From an uncultured Candidatus Actinomarinales bacterium (GTDB lineage: Bacteria > Actinomycetota > Acidimicrobiia > Actinomarinales > Actinomarinaceae): a stretch of 64,000 nt of DNA. Below the pieces are notes generated by a model. The model was not told the DNA's origin, made no database searches, and saw only the letters and a program-made list of their open reading frames with translations. Position 1 is the first letter of the stretch. Every line of letters begins with the position of its first letter. A program made the position numbers and the translations under genes. Positions 61,088 through 64,000 of the stretch are shown here, piece after piece. Location of the stretch: positions 523,827-587,826 of the forward strand of contig CALSSQ010000001.1 of assembly GCA_943789065.1 (NCBI GenBank), in the 5' to 3' direction.

Positions 61088-61425
61088 ATTTTTGAGATGG
61101 ATAATCGCGATTTATCGAGGAAAGTCCGGACACTATAGAGCAGAGAGCTGGGTAACTCCCAGGCAAGTAATTGACGGAAAGTGCAACAGAAAATATACCG
61201 CTTACGTAAGTAAGTAAGGGTGAAAAGGTGGTGTAAGAGACTACCAGTAATTTAAGTAATTAAATTAGCTTGTAAACCCCTCTCAGTGCAATATCAAGAA
61301 GCAATTAGCTTGCTCGGCTAATAATTGCGGGTAGATAGCTAGATGTATTTGGTAACAAATATACAAGATGGATGATTATCTTACATTAATTTGTAAACAG
61401 AATCCGGCTTACAATCTCAAAAACC
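61088..61425 (+). ncRNA. rnpB: RNase P RNA, bacterial type A.
   Basis: Conserved P4 strand GAGGAAAGTCCGGAC (61117-31); GTGCAACAGAAA; GTAAGGGTGAAAAGGTGGTGTAAGAG (P10.1-P12 region); ACAGAATCCGGCTTA (61397-61411). P1 helix ttttgagat (61089-98) pairs with atctcaaaa (61414-22). Confidence 0.85.
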
Positions 61426-61448
61426 AGGGTGTCTCTTTTAGAGGCACC
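61426..61448 (+). terminator. Hairpin GGGTGTCTC-TTTTA-GAGGCACCC immediately 3' of rnpB.
   Basis: 9-bp stem (one G-U wobble) with a 5-nt loop. A/T-rich tail rather than a clean U-tract. Confidence 0.4.
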
Positions 61449-61478
61449 CACCTAAAATTAATTATTTGTTAACCTAAT

Positions 61479-62462
61479 GTGATGACAAAATTTGCATATT
61501 TTTTAGGATCAGAACAGTGGCAACCAGAAATATTAATTGACCATGCAAAGCTAGCACAAGAAGTTGGTTTTGATATGGTGACAATATCGGAACATTTTCA
61601 CCCATGGGTTGACGATTATTCGGCGTCAAACTTCACATGGTCTACATTGGGTGCTTTAGCTAATAGCACCCCTGAATTAGACTTAGGTACTGGAGTAACC
61701 ACACCACTATGGAGAATGCATCCAGGAGTTGTTGCACAAGCTTCTGCAACAGTCGACAGATTATCTCATTCAACTTTTCATCTAGGAGTAGGCACAGGTG
61801 AAAATATGAACGAAGGACCATTAGGTTATAATTTTCCAAAATATGATGAAAGAGCTTCAAGAATTAGAGAGGCCTTAACTATTATTAGGAGACTACTAGA
61901 TGGTGAAAAACTTAACTTTGAGGGTGAATTCTATAACACTAAGGGTGCAAAATTATACTCCCCTCCCTTAAAAGAAGTTCCAATTTGGCTTGCTGCTGGT
62001 GGTCCAAAGTCTTCTCATCTTGCTGCTGAGTATGCTGATGGACTTATGATTAGTGTAAAAGATCCAGAAGATGCATATGAAAGAGTTATCAATCCAGCAA
62101 AAATAAAAACTGACGAACTTGGAAAATCAGATCTAAGAATTCACACATATAGATGGACAATGTTTGCAGATAATGATGAGGATGCATGGGAATCTTTGAA
62201 ATCATGGAGAGGACTAAGGGCACCAAATAGACTTCAAGAAATTGATCCACAAGCTCTCAGAGAGCAGGCTGATGCATTACCAAAAGAAGAAATCATGTCC
62301 AAATTTTCTCGAGCAGGAAGTGTAGAAGAATTAATTGATATATATGCACCTCTTGTAAATGATTTTGGTTCAGAAATAGTTACTATACAAATATCGTCCG
62401 TTAATCAAGAAGAGACAATTAAATTGCTTGGCAAAGAATTATTGCCAAGGCTAAAGAATTAA
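61479..62462 (+). CDS. LLM-class F420-dependent oxidoreductase (glucose-6-phosphate dehydrogenase family-like).
   Basis: FAYFLGSEQW...GFDMVTISEHFHPW and HLGVGTGENMNEGPLGY match luciferase-like monooxygenase/F420 family profiles. Confidence 0.65.
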   Translation: MMTKFAYFLGSEQWQPEILIDHAKLAQEVGFDMVTISEHFHPWVDDYSASNFTWSTLGALANSTPELDLGTGVTTPLWRMHPGVVAQASATVDRLSHSTFHLGVGTGENMNEGPLGYNFPKYDERASRIREALTIIRRLLDGEKLNFEGEFYNTKGAKLYSPPLKEVPIWLAAGGPKSSHLAAEYADGLMISVKDPEDAYERVINPAKIKTDELGKSDLRIHTYRWTMFADNDEDAWESLKSWRGLRAPNRLQEIDPQALREQADALPKEEIMSKFSRAGSVEELIDIYAPLVNDFGSEIVTIQISSVNQEETIKLLGKELLPRLKN

Positions 62463-62463
62463 A

Positions 62464-63195
62464 TTGTTACCATTATTTATAATTGGATCAATTGGTGGTT
62501 TTCTTTCTGGAGTATTAGGTATTGGTGGAGGTGTTGTATTCGTCCCTCTCCTAACTTACTTTACAGACCAAGATTTTAAAATAAATACAGGAATCTCATC
62601 AATGGCTGTAGTATTCGTTGCTACTACAAGCAGTATTACTTATATCTCGAATGGTCAGTCATTTTCTATTTATATTTTATATTTAATTTTTGGTGGGATA
62701 TTGGGTGGCTACCTTGGAAGTAAACTCACATTTCAATTAGATACAAAGACATTGCAAAGAATATTTGCGGTGTTACTTTTAGTTGTGTCATATAGGATGA
62801 TATCTACGTCAGGCTACTCTTCGCAATATGAGGAGAATATTTTCTTATACTTACTTATAGGTGTATTTTCTGGAATACTATCAGGTCTACTTGGTATCGG
62901 TGGAGGAATAGTAAGGATTCCTTTGTTAATCTTTTTTGGTGGTTTAGGAAATTTACCAGCACAAGGCTTTTCATTAATAGCAACTGTTCCAACTGCACTT
63001 ACGGCAGCATATACAAAACTGAAAAATGATCGAGAATTCGCAAAAAGAGGTTGTATTGTTGGAATTTCCGGCATATTGGGATCGGTGTTTGGAGGTAATT
63101 TAGCATTTGAATTACCACAAGAATTTCTGAACACATCATTCGCAATATTTTTATTATTGGTGAGTATAAATATGCTCGTTAAAACTTCTAAATAA
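62464..63195 (+). CDS. TauE/SafE-family sulfite/anion exporter (DUF81).
   Basis: Duplicated four-transmembrane-segment halves, each with GxLGIGGG(V/I) motifs. Confidence 0.7.
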   Translation: MLPLFIIGSIGGFLSGVLGIGGGVVFVPLLTYFTDQDFKINTGISSMAVVFVATTSSITYISNGQSFSIYILYLIFGGILGGYLGSKLTFQLDTKTLQRIFAVLLLVVSYRMISTSGYSSQYEENIFLYLLIGVFSGILSGLLGIGGGIVRIPLLIFFGGLGNLPAQGFSLIATVPTALTAAYTKLKNDREFAKRGCIVGISGILGSVFGGNLAFELPQEFLNTSFAIFLLLVSINMLVKTSK

Positions 63196-63646
63196 TTCCA
63201 CTTCTTATAAAAGTTTTGAATGAGTTATCTTTCATTTTGTAAATGACATATGCGACACCTATTAATTCCTGAATGATAGTTAACGCGATACTCTTGTTGA
63301 ACATTTCATTGCTTTCAAAAGGAAGGGGGAATAAAAAAGTAGATTGATCTAGCCACATGAAATCTAAAAACAAATGTAGGTAAGTGCCTATTGAAAATAG
63401 TAATAAGTTCTTTCTAGTTTTTGTACCTCTCTTAGTTAACAGCATTATCAAAAACATAGTGAAAACTGAGAGCAATAATGAATGCGTTACAAATTTTTGG
63501 TCTTTACCAACAGGTTGGACAGCCAAAAGAATATCCATAATATCTAAAATCAAAAGACCTACAATCAAAAACCTTAAGTCAGCATTCTTATCTTTAAAAA
63601 TATATTTAAAAATGATAACTCCAACACCAATAAACCAAAAAAACAT
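63188..63646 (-). CDS. Membrane-bound metal-dependent hydrolase-like protein (YdjM/DUF457-like), putative.
   Basis: Four or five transmembrane segments with conserved H/D residues (VTHSLLL, HLFLD). Confidence 0.35.
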   Translation of the reverse strand: MFFWFIGVGVIIFKYIFKDKNADLRFLIVGLLILDIMDILLAVQPVGKDQKFVTHSLLLSVFTMFLIMLLTKRGTKTRKNLLLFSIGTYLHLFLDFMWLDQSTFLFPLPFESNEMFNKSIALTIIQELIGVAYVIYKMKDNSFKTFIRSGII

Positions 63647-64000
63647 TATTTATCCAGTGCTAAGTTAGCTAGTTCATCTGCTCTTTTATTGTTTTCTCTG
63701 TACACATGCTCTATTGTAAAATTCTCTATTTTAAAAATTAAGGCTTTTGCACGCCCATGTAATTCCCTTAGATGCTCTGACTTTACTTTAAAATTACCAA
63801 CTATTTGTTCTACCACTAGTTTTGAGTCTAGATAAAACCTAGCTGATTGAATATTGTTATCATTACAGTATTGTAAACCGTCGATTAAAGCCTGATATTC
63901 GGCCACATTATTAGTAGCTATTCCTATTTTTCTAGAAATAACTTTAATTTCAATATTCTCATGACTAATAGAAACTCCCACTGAAGCTTCTCCTGGATTA
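63646..64000 (-). CDS. rnhA: Ribonuclease H domain protein; N-terminus lies beyond the window end.
   Basis: GIATNNVAEYQALIDGL and ENNKRADELAN RNase H motifs. The upstream frame reads ...NPGEASVGVS through position 64000, so the true start is off-window. Confidence 0.7.
   Translation of the reverse strand, partial: NPGEASVGVSISHENIEIKVISRKIGIATNNVAEYQALIDGLQYCNDNNIQSARFYLDSKLVVEQIVGNFKVKSEHLRELHGRAKALIFKIENFTIEHVYRENNKRADELANLALDK

Noticed and set aside
1-64000. CRISPR arrays, IS elements, prophage or integrase genes.
   Set aside because: No CRISPR-like arrays, transposase/integrase motifs or phage structural genes were seen. The only short phased repeats are the three TGACA units upstream of mraZ.

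Overview
This is an AT-rich (by eye roughly one-third G+C), densely packed chromosomal segment. Gene order and content look actinobacterial. Genes are tightly packed and often overlap by 4-40 nt. Inferring a streamlined actinobacterium from synteny alone is inference.

Layout, left to right:
- Minus strand: uvrA (runs off the window start) and uvrB, then coaE, rpsA and polA, in the mycobacterial-type order polA-rpsA-coaE-uvrB.
- tRNA-Leu(CAA).
- Housekeeping block: ccdA, nth, an EamA transporter, thyX, dnaE, rluD-like, lspA, a DksA/TraR zinc-finger protein, and ileS (plus strand).
- A complete actinobacterial-style dcw cell-wall/division cluster on the minus strand: mraZ, rsmH, ftsL, ftsI, murE, mraY, murD, ftsW, murG, murC, murB, ftsQ, ftsZ, pgeF, yggS, sepF, yggT. 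Upstream of mraZ lie an HNH endonuclease, a MerR-like regulator and a DUF3040 protein.
- A metabolic block: threonine aldolase, an aminotransferase, a ROK kinase, a metallophosphoesterase, ilvD and queG.
- An ilvBNC-leuA-leuB operon preceded by a branched-chain leader-peptide attenuator.
- Nitroreductase, SpoU methyltransferase and a DnaQ-like exonuclease.
- A complete System I cytochrome c maturation cluster (ccmABC-E-F-H-I-G).
- RNase P RNA (rnpB).
- An F420-type luciferase-like (LLM) oxidoreductase, a TauE/SafE permease, a YdjM-like membrane protein and a partial RNase H.

Main observations:
- uvrA and uvrB are broken by three frameshifts at simple-sequence runs, while every other long gene in the window is intact.
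- Three 10-bp-phased TGACA repeats overlap a sigma70-type promoter directly upstream of mraZ and are a candidate MraZ operator.
- The ilvB leader encodes a Leu/Val/Ile-rich peptide followed by a terminator.
- The organism carries a Ccm System I rather than the System II usual in Actinobacteria, as far as I recall.
- DivIVA, murF and ddl are absent from their usual positions in the dcw region.
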